From NCBI GenBank assembly GCA_028286565.1, contig JAQBRH010000002.1, forward strand, positions 145,876 to 209,875: 64,000 nucleotides of DNA. Reading direction: 5' to 3'. Source of the stretch: Parcubacteria group bacterium. Lineage in GTDB: Bacteria > Patescibacteriota > Minisyncoccia > Phycocordibacterales > Zambryskibacteraceae. Position 1 is the first letter of the stretch. Every line of letters starts with the position of its first letter. The position numbers and the translations under genes were made by a program. This document shows, piece by piece, positions 1-8,969 of the stretch. Under the pieces are notes generated by a model, which ran no database searches, was not told where the DNA came from, and was given only the letters and a program-made list of their open reading frames with translations.

Positions 1-131
1 TTCACGTCTGCGACCGCGGCGGTAGCCGGGGCTGCAGTAGCCGACTGCGCATGGGTCTGAAGAGCGATAGAAGTTGCTCCTCCGACACCAAGCATCACGA
101 TGGCCATGAGGGCCATAAGTTTTCTATTCAT
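1..131 (-). CDS. N-terminal fragment of a putative secreted protein; the gene runs off the window start
   Basis: Reverse strand reads MNRKLMALMAIVMLGVGGATSIALQTHAQSATAAPATAAV, which looks like a signal peptide. It is not in the ORF track because it is truncated. Confidence 0.3.
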   Translation of the reverse strand, partial: MNRKLMALMAIVMLGVGGATSIALQTHAQSATAAPATAAVADV

Positions 132-182
132 ACTGGTGTGGTTAGCTGGTAAGCTTCAATAGTGAAGCCTTATCATTCTAAT

Positions 183-1130
183 TTATGAGAATGATGCCAG
201 CGTGACGCGCGCCTCGGTCCCCTTCCCGACCTCGCTTGCAAATGACAGGCCGCCTCCGTGCCTATGGACGATCTCTTGGGCGATCGAGAGCCCGAGCCCG
301 ACTCCGTTCAAGCGCTTTCCGGAAGCAGTCTTATAGAACGGCGTAGTCAGATGCGGCAGATCCTCTTTCGAAATGCCCGAGCCCGTGTCGGTGATGGTTA
401 TGTGTATCTTTTTTTGAACGAGGATCGACGCCGTGATGCCGCCGGCATCCGTATGAGCGATGGCGTTCTGAAGGAGGTTGGTACAAAGCTGATCAAGAAG
501 CTGTTCGTTGCCCTTGGTATACGCTTGCGCCGGACCTTCAAACACGAGGGTAAGGCCTTTGGCTACTGCGGAACCTTTGAGCTTGCCTACAACCCTTTGG
601 AGAACGGCGGATACATCCACCCGTGTGAGCTTGAGGGACATGTCACCGGAGCTTCGGGCCAGGAGAAGCAGCTCTTCGACCATTCCGGCCATTCTGTCGA
701 TCTCCTCGATGTTGCTCCGCGCCAAGGATGAGGCCTCCAAGGATGTGCCCGCCTGCCGCAGGAATACTTCGTTCTCCATCTTCATCACCGCGAGCGGCGT
801 GCGGAGCTCGTGCGAAGCGTTCGCACCAAATTGCATCTGAGCTTTGTGCGATCTCTTGATCGGTTCAAGCGTCCTGCCCGCCAGGACATAGGCGAATCCG
901 CTCGCAAGGACGATGATGAGGATATCGGAAGTGACAAGCGTATTTTGGAGGCCGTCGACCGCCCGGTCCGCGCTTCTCTGCTGGGCGGCTGTGGGAGGAG
1001 TATCTTCTTCAATGCTGTCGTGGATATGCTGGGCCGTATAGCGGAACAAGAAAAGACTGAATCCCCCTATGACCAGCGCTAGGAGGAGGATGTAGAAACC
1101 CGTAAGCTTTAAGCGAGCTGCGGTAAACAT
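183..1130 (-). CDS. sensor histidine kinase (two-component system)
   Basis: N-terminal TM helices, an H-box (SHELRTPLAVM) and an HATPase_c G-box (GVGLGLSIAQEIVHRHGG). Confidence 0.85.
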   Translation of the reverse strand: MFTAARLKLTGFYILLLALVIGGFSLFLFRYTAQHIHDSIEEDTPPTAAQQRSADRAVDGLQNTLVTSDILIIVLASGFAYVLAGRTLEPIKRSHKAQMQFGANASHELRTPLAVMKMENEVFLRQAGTSLEASSLARSNIEEIDRMAGMVEELLLLARSSGDMSLKLTRVDVSAVLQRVVGKLKGSAVAKGLTLVFEGPAQAYTKGNEQLLDQLCTNLLQNAIAHTDAGGITASILVQKKIHITITDTGSGISKEDLPHLTTPFYKTASGKRLNGVGLGLSIAQEIVHRHGGGLSFASEVGKGTEARVTLASFS

Positions 1131-1804
1131 CAGGATTGATTAAGCCGATATCCCGCTCCGCGGACCGTCTCGATGATCAGCGCGCTTTTGTCTCCGATCT
1201 TCTTTCGGATGTTCTTGATCTTCACATCGACGAGGTTCGAGAAGGATGTGAAATCATAGTCCCACGCATGATCGAGGATCTCCTGGCGGGTCACGATCCG
1301 TTCAGGGTTTCTCATCAAGTAGAGGAGGATGGCATATTCTTTTTCCGTAAGGGGGATCTCTTTCTTGCGCTTCATCAATTTATGAGTAGCGAGTGATAGG
1401 ACAAGGTCTCCGACCACGAGTTCTTCCGCATACGTCGCCTGCGGCCGGCGGAGCAGAGCGTGGAGGCGGGCCGTGAGTTCGCTTAAAGCAAAAGGCTTGA
1501 CCAGATAATCGTCCGCCCCGCTTTGGAGCCCCTCCACTTTATCCTCGAGAGTATCCTTCGCCGTGAGCATGAGGACGGGGGTAGGAATGCGTGCCTTGCG
1601 TAGGCGCCTGCAGACTTCCACGCCGTCTATACCCGGGAGCATCCGATCAAGGACGACCACATCATACGTCTCTCGCGCCGCTTCAAGCCTTCGGAAGCCC
1701 GCTTCTCCGTCATGAAGGAGATCCACGACAAAGCCCTCGCCCTCAAGACCTTTTTTGAGCGAGGCGGCCAGCTTTTGGTTGTCTTCGATTATGAGCGTTT
1801 TCAT
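1130..1804 (-). CDS. OmpR-family response regulator
   Basis: Receiver domain (MKTLIIEDN...VLDRMLPGIDG) plus a winged-helix C-terminus. Its stop overlaps the kinase start by 1 nt, which indicates an operon. Confidence 0.9.
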   Translation of the reverse strand: MKTLIIEDNQKLAASLKKGLEGEGFVVDLLHDGEAGFRRLEAARETYDVVVLDRMLPGIDGVEVCRRLRKARIPTPVLMLTAKDTLEDKVEGLQSGADDYLVKPFALSELTARLHALLRRPQATYAEELVVGDLVLSLATHKLMKRKKEIPLTEKEYAILLYLMRNPERIVTRQEILDHAWDYDFTSFSNLVDVKIKNIRKKIGDKSALIIETVRGAGYRLNQS

Positions 1805-1861
1805 CGTGTTGTAGACGTATACACAGAGTATATGCTACCGGATGACGGAGAGATGACGCTC

Positions 1862-2455
1862 TTATTTTGCTTTCCGGCCGAGGTTGTAGACCTTTCGCTT
1901 CATCCGTTCTCGTCGCCACATGCCGAAGTGCTTGAGGTAGCCGAACTTGTGGACATAAATTGGACCGAGTCCGGAGAACCACAGGATGCCCTTCTTCAAT
2001 TCGTTCGTCGTATCGCCGAACACGAGGCGCTGGATGATCGGAGCGGTGTCCGAGGTGATGATCATCGAAGCGGACTTGCCCTTGAGAAGCCCCTCCCACA
2101 TATAGCCGCCGGCTTTGAAATGATAGGCGAATCCGGGGAGCCACACTCGATCGAACAATCCCTTGAGGAGAGCCGGCATGGTCGACCACCAGGACGGATA
2201 GAAGATCACTACATGATCAGCCCAGCGGACATTTTCCTGAAAGGCTTTGAGGTCTGGCTCGAGCTCCTGGATGGTCTTGTATCCGAAGTGGAGGATCGGA
2301 TCAAACTGCATGTCTCCGATGTTCATCCGGCGTACTTCCCTGCCCGCCTCTGTTGCACCACGCTCGTATTCGGAAGCCAGAGTGCCGTTCAGCGTATCTT
2401 TGTCCGGATGGCCCAGTAATATGAAAACCTTCTCTCTTTTTTTGAAATTGAACAT
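1862..2455 (-). CDS. NAD(P)H dehydrogenase (quinone), flavodoxin-like fold family
   Basis: VFILLGHPDKDTLNG...HVVIFYPSWWSTMPALLKG is typical of the Flavodoxin_2/MdaB-like family. Confidence 0.7.
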   Translation of the reverse strand: MFNFKKREKVFILLGHPDKDTLNGTLASEYERGATEAGREVRRMNIGDMQFDPILHFGYKTIQELEPDLKAFQENVRWADHVVIFYPSWWSTMPALLKGLFDRVWLPGFAYHFKAGGYMWEGLLKGKSASMIITSDTAPIIQRLVFGDTTNELKKGILWFSGLGPIYVHKFGYLKHFGMWRRERMKRKVYNLGRKAK

Positions 2456-2468
2456 ATAAAGAACTGGG

Positions 2469-2699
2469 TTACATCATTAATTTTTGGAGCTCCGATTGGT
2501 GCTCGCGCATGACCTGCATGGTCGCCTCCATCTCGTTTTGCCCGCTCTTCTTTCGCTTCTCCACTTCCTCGCCGATCTTTTTGAAAAAGTCCGGATTTTT
2601 CTCTACCAAAGCAAGAACTCGCTCCTGTTCCGCCTCCGGAACGCCTTTCATTTTGGACTTAAGCATCTGCTTAAGCATGAAGTTTTGGAACATACCCAT
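2469..2699 (-). CDS. small hypothetical protein (76 aa), possibly leaderless
   Basis: ORF with a TATAAT about 9 nt upstream of the ATG and no Shine-Dalgarno sequence. Confidence 0.35.
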   Translation of the reverse strand: MGMFQNFMLKQMLKSKMKGVPEAEQERVLALVEKNPDFFKKIGEEVEKRKKSGQNEMEATMQVMREHQSELQKLMM

Positions 2700-2809
2700 A
2701 GTGTGGACATTATACGTAATACACAGCCTCTAAGGCAAATCGCGTGACAGAACCGACATTTGTAGTATAATCCAAGTGTTGTATTACTTGTTAAATAAAT
2801 GTAATCAAA

Positions 2810-3064
2810 ATGGTTAGACAAGCCAACCCGGCATTATTAAAGCCGATGACCCTCACCCCAGAACTCGAGGCTGTTGTCGGAGCAGGCCCTATGCCCCGCT
2901 CTCAGGTCGTCAAGAAGATGTGGGAATACATCAAGAAGCATGATCTTCAGAACCCTGCGAACAAGAGGAACATCTTCGCAGATGACAATCTTCGCCCTAT
3001 ATTCAAAAAGGATGAAGTGACCATGTTCGAGATGACGAAACTCGCTTCGGCGCACATGAGCTAA
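2810..3064 (+). CDS. SWIB/MDM2 domain protein
   Basis: LTPELEAVVGAGPMPRSQVVKKMWEYIKKHDLQNPANKRNIFADDNLRPIF matches the SWIB domain. A GTGACA-N16-TATAAT promoter lies upstream. Confidence 0.8.
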   Translation: MVRQANPALLKPMTLTPELEAVVGAGPMPRSQVVKKMWEYIKKHDLQNPANKRNIFADDNLRPIFKKDEVTMFEMTKLASAHMS

Positions 3065-3085
3065 CAGGAGGACCGCACTTCTACT

Positions 3086-3121
3086 AAAAACCGCCTTTCT
3101 TTATTGAAAGGCGGTTTTTGC
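3086..3121. terminator. bidirectional rho-independent terminator
   Basis: aaaaaccgcctttc-ttta-ttgaaaggcggttttt is a perfect hairpin flanked by A and T runs, sitting between convergent genes. Confidence 0.75.
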
Positions 3122-3850
3122 TATGCCTCGCTTGAATATCTCCTTGAAGCTGATACCCGCAAGGAGCCACATCAACCCGACCAAATATCCTCCCAAGACA
3201 TCCGAAACATAATGGACCCCGAGATAGACCCGGCTAAAGCCGATAAGGATAATGAGGACGATCAGAATTCGGGCTGCGATCCTTGAGCCGAGATCCCGCC
3301 CCCGGATTCGCAGGAGGGCGTAGATAATAAATCCATAGAGGGCGACCGAGATGCACGCATGCCCGCTTGGAAATGAAAAAGACCTTTCAAGATAGAAAGC
3401 GATGTCCGCCCCCGGCCTCACTCTCTGCACGGCAAGCTTCAGAAGCGAGTTGGTGATCTCCGCTCCAATGATGGTGATGATGAACGGCAGGACGAAGCTT
3501 CTTTTTTTGATGTAGATGAACCCTCCCAGGGTGAGAAAGATGAACAGGATCGCGAGATAGAGACTCCCGAACTGAGTGGCCGCATAAAAGAACTGATCCA
3601 GAAGAATGGAACGGTGGGAGAACAAAAAATTGGTCACAGCCTGATCCAAGGCAACGATCGGCCCCGAATCCCGTACCGTATCCATGAGTCCAATAAAACC
3701 AAAAAGGATAAGCGAGGCGCTCACTATGAGGACGGTTAGAGGCATGCCCGTAACCCCATCCTTTTCGATCCTTTTTCTAAAAAATTCTTGCAGGCCTCTC
3801 ATATCAAATAAGACGAGCGATATATCATTTAATCTCCGCAAAGCGGCCAT
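3101..3850 (-). CDS. PAP2-family membrane phosphatase; start uncertain (3745, 3850 or 4003 are candidates)
   Basis: PAP2 motifs KLAVQRVRP, PSGH and SRVYLGVHYVSDVLGG are present. The 5' extension in the ORF track overlaps the neighbouring ORF and lacks an RBS. Confidence 0.65.
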   Translation of the reverse strand: MAALRRLNDISLVLFDMRGLQEFFRKRIEKDGVTGMPLTVLIVSASLILFGFIGLMDTVRDSGPIVALDQAVTNFLFSHRSILLDQFFYAATQFGSLYLAILFIFLTLGGFIYIKKRSFVLPFIITIIGAEITNSLLKLAVQRVRPGADIAFYLERSFSFPSGHACISVALYGFIIYALLRIRGRDLGSRIAARILIVLIILIGFSRVYLGVHYVSDVLGGYLVGLMWLLAGISFKEIFKRGIAKTAFQ

Positions 3851-3885
3851 TTTGAGGAAAAGAAAAAGACGAGTGTGAACTCGTC

Positions 3886-4242
3886 TCAGGTGAGCACAAG
3901 AAGACCCGGGTATTCCAGCTTCTTCCCGTCGATCGCTTGTGTATTGATGCCCTTCGAGAAGGCAAACAGGACGACGTCGCCTTCCTGTCGCTTTGCCTTC
4001 CATTGCAGTTGCCGTGAGAGAAGGCGACCGGTTGCATCATAGCGATGAAGAATCGAAAATATTCCGCCGATCGCTACGTATTTTCCTCCGCGGAAGATGA
4101 TGAAGCGAGGCCCAGCATGGGTGTAGAACACCCACTCAGCCGGACGATGGCCGCGACCCGGCCTAACATTCCCTGAGTGGGATAGCCTGAACCTTCTTGA
4201 GATCCACCAGTCTAACCGCCCCAGCAAGCGTTGTATGAGCAT
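3886..4242 (-). CDS. hypothetical small protein; member of the tandem small-gene array
   Basis: GGGGAG RBS 7 nt upstream of the ATG. A conserved upstream motif sits at 4278-4294. Confidence 0.4.
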   Translation of the reverse strand: MLIQRLLGRLDWWISRRFRLSHSGNVRPGRGHRPAEWVFYTHAGPRFIIFRGGKYVAIGGIFSILHRYDATGRLLSRQLQWKAKRQEGDVVLFAFSKGINTQAIDGKKLEYPGLLVLT

Positions 4243-4277
4243 GTGACTCTCCCCCAGTGAGGATGAACTTCTGAATT

Positions 4278-4294
4278 CACCCTATCACAACCAC
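4278..4294 (-). promoter_or_regulatory. conserved upstream motif, copy 1 (CACCCTAtCACAaCCAC on the + strand)
   Basis: Lies 36-52 nt upstream of the 4242 start. The same motif recurs before three neighbouring genes. Confidence 0.4.
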
Positions 4295-4343
4295 ATAAAA
4301 GAAAAAGGCGCCGATGTTTTGGCGCCCACTGGTTTCCAGGTCC

Positions 4344-4691
4344 TTACCCCTTAAAGCTCTGCTGGAAGTATTCAATTGAGGGATCATTTCCGACGAGCTT
4401 TCCACCGGACACCCAGATCTTATCTCCAACCCTCCACGGATGTTTCCTCCAGTTGGGCATGTGATACCTCAGTACAATTTCTACTTGAGGATTCAAGAGT
4501 TGTTCCTGAAACAGGATCGTGAAGTAATCTACACCTCCCGAACCCGGTGACACATCGACGATTGTTCCTTCCTGGTCCTTCATTGGGAAAGTGGCGGACA
4601 GCGGCATCTTTGGTTTCGGCTTCGCCGAACGCACTCCAGCGACGAACGATATGACCGCCACTATTCCCAAGATGGCAATTTCGGTAAGCAT
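4344..4691 (-). CDS. hypothetical protein with an N-terminal TM anchor
   Basis: MLTEIAILGIVAVISFVAGV is the TM segment. The soluble part carries a GSGGVDYFTILFQEQ motif resembling the 4815-5135 and 3886-4242 products. Confidence 0.5.
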   Translation of the reverse strand: MLTEIAILGIVAVISFVAGVRSAKPKPKMPLSATFPMKDQEGTIVDVSPGSGGVDYFTILFQEQLLNPQVEIVLRYHMPNWRKHPWRVGDKIWVSGGKLVGNDPSIEYFQQSFKG

Positions 4692-4728
4692 GGATTCTCC
4701 GGGGTTGGGTTTACTTACTCTGATGCCA

Positions 4729-4742
4729 CCCTACCACACCTC
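4729..4742 (-). promoter_or_regulatory. conserved upstream motif, copy 2 (CACCCTACCACACC) plus a shared downstream CCGATACAATGTCC box
   Basis: Lies 38-51 nt upstream of the 4691 start. The extended match to the copy at 5165 is about 36 nt. Confidence 0.5.
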
Positions 4743-4814
4743 AGAATGCCGATACAATGTCCCGAATGGGATATGAAAAAGGGCGTCTGGCAAATGCCGA
4801 ACGCCCGTGCCTTT

Positions 4815-5135
4815 TCAGAAACCTCCATGCGCGTCCCATGAGCCGATGAGGTGAATGTCGTGCTCAAGGCAGAAACGTGTCATTTTCACCTGCGCTGATT
4901 CCTCAGGAGAGTCTACACTTGTGTGATACGGTTCTCCATCTGGTATCTTACCGACGTAGGGTTGTTCCAGTGAATCCCAGACTTCGGTAAATACGCCAGT
5001 TCCACTTTGGACATTCCCGTCCGCAATCCGATACAGGCGACGCCGATTGTGAACTGTCAGTCCATCACGTTGTAGTTCACTTGCCTCAACACCTTGGCTA
5101 CCTCCCAGCTGTGTTGACATAGCAGGGTCAGTCAT
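4815..5135 (-). CDS. hypothetical small protein (apparent paralog of the 4344-4691 product)
   Basis: SGTGVFTEVWDSLEQ resembles GSGGVDYFTILFQEQ. A GGAG RBS is present. Confidence 0.5.
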   Translation of the reverse strand: MTDPAMSTQLGGSQGVEASELQRDGLTVHNRRRLYRIADGNVQSGTGVFTEVWDSLEQPYVGKIPDGEPYHTSVDSPEESAQVKMTRFCLEHDIHLIGSWDAHGGF

Positions 5136-5164
5136 ATGAGTTCTCCGATAGGGTGTGTCCTAAT

Positions 5165-5178
5165 TCACCCTACCACAC
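5165..5178 (-). promoter_or_regulatory. conserved upstream motif, copy 3 (CACCCTACCACACC ... CCGATACAATGTCC)
   Basis: Lies 30-43 nt upstream of the 5135 start. Confidence 0.5.
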
Positions 5179-5429
5179 CCCCGGATACCGATACAATGTC
5201 CTCCATTTTTGATAAGATAGACATTGAGCCTGCCTATGTTGAGGAGATTGATTTTTATAGACTCGAACCGGTCTTAGCAGCTAATATACTTAATATATGA
5301 TCATGGAAGTACTTGGATAACATATAATGCCACGCCATGTGTGCGGCATTATATTTGTAGTAAGACCGATAGATAACCCCTGACATACCTTTGTCCCTAT
5401 GTTTTAGCTATCAATAAAAAAGCCGTCAC

Positions 5430-5696
5430 TCACAATGAGGACGGTACCTTAAACGCTTCGGATCGATGTATGGTTCGTTGTTCCAATTGCTCAAATTGCC
5501 TGTGAAGCTCCGCGTCGGGATCTCGCAGAAAGTTCTCGACTTCGCCAAGAGCCCAATTGCGAACGTCTTGCCGATTTGCCAACGAGATAATGATGCTGAA
5601 AACAACAGCGAGACATGCACCCATCAACAGGATGAACCCTACGCTCGCGGGTTCAACGATTGGCAGGGGTATTGGTGGCAATGGTCCAAGAAGCAT
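5430..5696 (-). CDS. hypothetical small membrane protein
   Basis: TM segment FILLMGACLAVVFSIIISL. A minus-strand terminator hairpin (ccgtcctcattgtgagtgacgg + T6) lies at 5405-5435. Confidence 0.45.
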   Translation of the reverse strand: MLLGPLPPIPLPIVEPASVGFILLMGACLAVVFSIIISLANRQDVRNWALGEVENFLRDPDAELHRQFEQLEQRTIHRSEAFKVPSSL

Positions 5697-5727
5697 ATGA
5701 GACGCTCCAGGTTGGGGTTTCTAGGTG

Positions 5728-5741
5728 TTACCATACCACAC
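5728..5741 (-). promoter_or_regulatory. conserved upstream motif, copy 4 (degenerate: TACCATACCACAC)
   Basis: Lies 32-45 nt upstream of the 5696 start. The 5'UTR shares AACCCCAACC-GGAG with the UTR of the 4691 gene. Confidence 0.35.
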
Positions 5742-5953
5742 TATTTATATTATTCAAGCTACCCTAAAAGATGATGGTGCTGGTGATAATCGAGGGCAAT
5801 TGTGTATTTTGTGGTCACAAATAAATTTCCTGACGGAAATTTTTCGCGACCCCGGCTCGCTGTTTTTGCCTTTCGCTTTGCTCAAACAAAAACATAGCTG
5901 TGCCTTCCACAAAATCACAAAACCTGCCGCAGGGCAGGCTTTTGTGTATTTTG

Positions 5954-6026
5954 TGGACCCTATCGGATTCGAACCGATGACCTCCTCATTGCAAATGAGG
6001 CGCTCTACCAACTAAGCTAAGGGCCC
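5954..6026 (-). tRNA. tRNA-Ala (anticodon UGC)
   Basis: Cloverleaf read by hand: acceptor gggccct/agggtcc with a G3:U70 pair, anticodon loop tttgcaa, T-loop ttcgaat. CCA is not encoded. Confidence 0.9.
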
Positions 6027-6119
6027 TTTAAAACCTAACTCAAGAATCATAGTAGACAAACGGCCAAAAATCAAGAAAAATACCCCTATAGGTCCCCACT
6101 ATCAATTAACCCTATACTC

Positions 6120-6608
6120 ATGACTGAAAAGGAATTTTTTATCGAAACAATGAAAAACGAGGTGCCGATCTTCGAGAGGCTCTTTAAGGCCCTCCCCGTA
6201 GACAAGCTCCACCATACCCACCATCCCAAATCAAAGACCGCAGGAGCCCTCGCCATCCAGATGGCCGAAGAGGCGGAAAGCATCGAGGAGTTTTTGACCA
6301 CAGGGCTCGTAGATTGGGGGATCCACAAAGATATGGAACCGGATATGGAGAAGGTTGCGGCGGTATTTTCTACCGGACTCTCGAATGCGGCAAGTCTCGC
6401 GGAAAAAATGACCGACGAAGAATGGGCCTCCGAAGCCCGTGCTCTCCACAATGGGGCTGAAGTATGGAAGACCACCAAGGGCAAGATGGCCTGGGGACTT
6501 CTCTTCGACCTCGTTCATCATCGGGGACAGCTCTCGACCTACATCAGGCCGATGGGAGGCAGGGTACCGTCCATATATGGACCTTCGGGAGACGATATGG
6601 GAGCATAA
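6120..6608 (+). CDS. DinB/YfiT-like (DinB_2 superfamily) metal-dependent protein
   Basis: Spaced His motifs (HHTHH ... LVHHRGQ) typical of the DinB family. Confidence 0.6.
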   Translation: MTEKEFFIETMKNEVPIFERLFKALPVDKLHHTHHPKSKTAGALAIQMAEEAESIEEFLTTGLVDWGIHKDMEPDMEKVAAVFSTGLSNAASLAEKMTDEEWASEARALHNGAEVWKTTKGKMAWGLLFDLVHHRGQLSTYIRPMGGRVPSIYGPSGDDMGA

Positions 6609-6615
6609 GTGCTCC

Positions 6616-6689
6616 GGGCGATTAGCTCAGTTGGTTAGAGCGCACGATTCACATTCGTGAGGTGGCAGGTTCGAGCCCTGTATCGCCCA
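6616..6689 (+). tRNA. tRNA-Val (anticodon CAC)
   Basis: gggcgat...gctcagttggttagagc...cacga-ttCACat-tcgtg...gcaggttcgagccctgt-atcgccc-a. No encoded CCA. Confidence 0.85.
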
Positions 6690-6690
6690 C

Positions 6691-7677
6691 CTACAAAGTC
6701 CCACTTGCAAGTCCAAGAAGATGTTCCAAAAATTCGATATGCGTCCAGCCGGCGGCGGTAAGGGACTGCGAGAGGAGCGAGTCGGCATGAAATTCGGGGA
6801 GCGAAGAAATATTCAAAACATACACATTGCCTGCGGGGGTAAGGATAAGATTTGAATGCGAATAGTGCCGAAGGCCGAGGGCTGAATGCGCTTCCTTGGC
6901 CGCCCCTTCAAGTATCTTGTGCTCGTCCGTACTAAAGCTCGTGGGGAATAGATATTCCGGTTTTTCTTTGAACTTCGCTTCAAAATCCTGCTGCTTCCCT
7001 TTCTTCGGCGTACGAACTTCGATCGGCATGAACGAATACAGCTTTTGGCCCCGAGCGCGGTCGACAACGGCTACCTTGGCCTCTTTGCCTCGAACGAATT
7101 CTTCGATGATGGCTTTCGGTGATTCCCTCAATACTTCTCCGACGGCGAGCACGAGCTCGTCGAATGTATAGGCCAGGCGGACGATCCGCTCATCCGCATC
7201 CCTGGGGGATTTCACCACCATGGGGTGAAGATATTCTCTGAAGACCTCTGTGAGGCGCGTCGCGTCGTCCTCCGCGGTCACTTCATCGTGCTGTGGAGTG
7301 CGGATATCATGCGCTCCGAGCACTTGCTTGAACGTATGATGCCTGGCCAGAGCGGACTCGATGCTCTTGGTGCCCGTAAACGGGATATGAAGGTGAGAAA
7401 GCATCCGCTGGACCTTGCCGCTTTCTCCGTAGTGGCCGTGGAGAGCATTAAAGGCGATGTCCGCATGCTTCAGCGCTTCGTGCGGCTCCTTTTTCATCCC
7501 CTCGACATGCCACTCGTCGTCTTTGGAAATGAAGACATCGATCGGTTCATATGTGTCCGGCTTTTCTCTGAGGAGCGAGAGGACATGTTCGCCGGTTTTC
7601 AAAGATGCGGCATAGTCCGAAGACGGTCCGCCGCGGAGAACGATCACGCGCTTCTTTGATCCGGAAGAAATACTCAT
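6691..7677 (-). CDS. ddl: D-alanine--D-alanine ligase
   Basis: VIVLRGGPSSDYAASLKTG...LHGHYGESGKVQ followed by an ATP-grasp C-terminus. Confidence 0.9.
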   Translation of the reverse strand: MSISSGSKKRVIVLRGGPSSDYAASLKTGEHVLSLLREKPDTYEPIDVFISKDDEWHVEGMKKEPHEALKHADIAFNALHGHYGESGKVQRMLSHLHIPFTGTKSIESALARHHTFKQVLGAHDIRTPQHDEVTAEDDATRLTEVFREYLHPMVVKSPRDADERIVRLAYTFDELVLAVGEVLRESPKAIIEEFVRGKEAKVAVVDRARGQKLYSFMPIEVRTPKKGKQQDFEAKFKEKPEYLFPTSFSTDEHKILEGAAKEAHSALGLRHYSHSNLILTPAGNVYVLNISSLPEFHADSLLSQSLTAAGWTHIEFLEHLLGLASGTL

Positions 7678-7694
7678 GAAATATAGTATACTAC

Positions 7695-8969
7695 CTAAAT
7701 TCTAAAACCTTTGCTGCGGAGCTTTCTGTGGTACCCGATAGCAAATCTGTGCGCCTCGGCGTTCGCGAGAAGTATCGAATGTCTCCACGTCTCTATGTGC
7801 TTTTCTTCGCCGAGTATATCCTTCGGCTTGTGGCGAGAGTCTTTGACCACGGACACGACAGGAATAGAAAATTTCCTCTCCGTAAGCACTGCGTTCGCGG
7901 CGTTGATCTGGCCGACGCCCCCGTCTATGACCATAAGGCTCGGCAGAGGCCACTCCGGATGCCCGAGGCGCCTTTCAATAACTTCCTTTAGATTATTCGT
8001 ATCGTCGACCTTTATCTTCCCGCCCGATCCGCGGATCCTGAATTTCCTGTATTGGCTCTTCTCGAGCTCTCCGTCCTCTATCACGGTCATCACTCCGACG
8101 GTTTCTTTGCCCGAGAGGTGGGCGATGTCATAGGCTTCGATCCTAAATGTATCCCCGCCCTCGATGCGCTCGAGGTCCCGCTTGATGAGGCCCATGTCGT
8201 GGATATGTTCGAGGGCGAACAGCGTCCGCTTGAGCTTTGCCGCCTCTTCGAATTTATTTTGCTTGGCGCATGAGTGCATGTCCCGCTCGACTTCCTTCAA
8301 AAGCTTTTCCATTTTGCCCTCAAAGAACAAAGTGATGTGCTTGATCGTCCGGGCGTATTCTCTTTTTGTGACCTTCCCTACACATACTCCCGGACAAAGT
8401 CCGATCTGAGCATTCCAGCAGGCCTTCGGCTTATCCGGATTTTTCTGCTGGTTATACGGGATGCATTTGTCATCCCTATACGGGAAGATCCTGCGGATGA
8501 TCCTCAAAGCTTCGCGGAGTTCTCCTCCGTGCGGGAAGGGCCCGGCAAGGAACTTCGCATTCAAGTGCGGGCTTGTGCCGTACGAGATCTCCTTGCCTCT
8601 GACCACTCGGATAGCCGGGAACTCTTCATCAGTGATCACCACATAGTTAAAGCTCTTGCCGTCCTTGCCTAGAATATTGTATTTGGGCTGATGCTTTTGG
8701 ATCTCATGAGCTTCGAACATCAGCGCTTCGAGGACGGATTCGGTCTGGTGGTGTTCTATGTGGACCGCGAGCTCGACCATCTCGACTAGGCGCTCCCCGC
8801 GGGTGAGGACGAGGTCCTTGCCGAAATAGCTTTTGACCCGGTCCTTGAGGCTCGTAGCTTTGCCTATGTAGAGGATCTCTTTTTTAGGCCCGATGAAAAA
8901 GTACACTCCGGGAGTGTCAGGAAGCTTTTGGCTCTTTAGCCTGAGTTCATCAAAGGCTTGACTAGTCAT
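7695..8969 (-). CDS. uvrC: excinuclease ABC subunit C, short form lacking the C-terminal HhH region
   Basis: GIY-YIG domain (PGVYFFIGPKKEILYIGKATSLKDR), a UVR domain and an RNaseH-like nuclease domain in 424 aa. Confidence 0.85.
   Translation of the reverse strand: MTSQAFDELRLKSQKLPDTPGVYFFIGPKKEILYIGKATSLKDRVKSYFGKDLVLTRGERLVEMVELAVHIEHHQTESVLEALMFEAHEIQKHQPKYNILGKDGKSFNYVVITDEEFPAIRVVRGKEISYGTSPHLNAKFLAGPFPHGGELREALRIIRRIFPYRDDKCIPYNQQKNPDKPKACWNAQIGLCPGVCVGKVTKREYARTIKHITLFFEGKMEKLLKEVERDMHSCAKQNKFEEAAKLKRTLFALEHIHDMGLIKRDLERIEGGDTFRIEAYDIAHLSGKETVGVMTVIEDGELEKSQYRKFRIRGSGGKIKVDDTNNLKEVIERRLGHPEWPLPSLMVIDGGVGQINAANAVLTERKFSIPVVSVVKDSRHKPKDILGEEKHIETWRHSILLANAEAHRFAIGYHRKLRSKGFRI

Noticed and set aside
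1712-2419. + strand 235-aa ORF
   Set aside because: It is antisense to the recognisable flavodoxin-like NAD(P)H quinone reductase gene.
5325-5352. Apparent palindrome aatgccacgccatgtgtgcggcatt
   Set aside because: Only the 5-nt ends are complementary. It is not a convincing hairpin.
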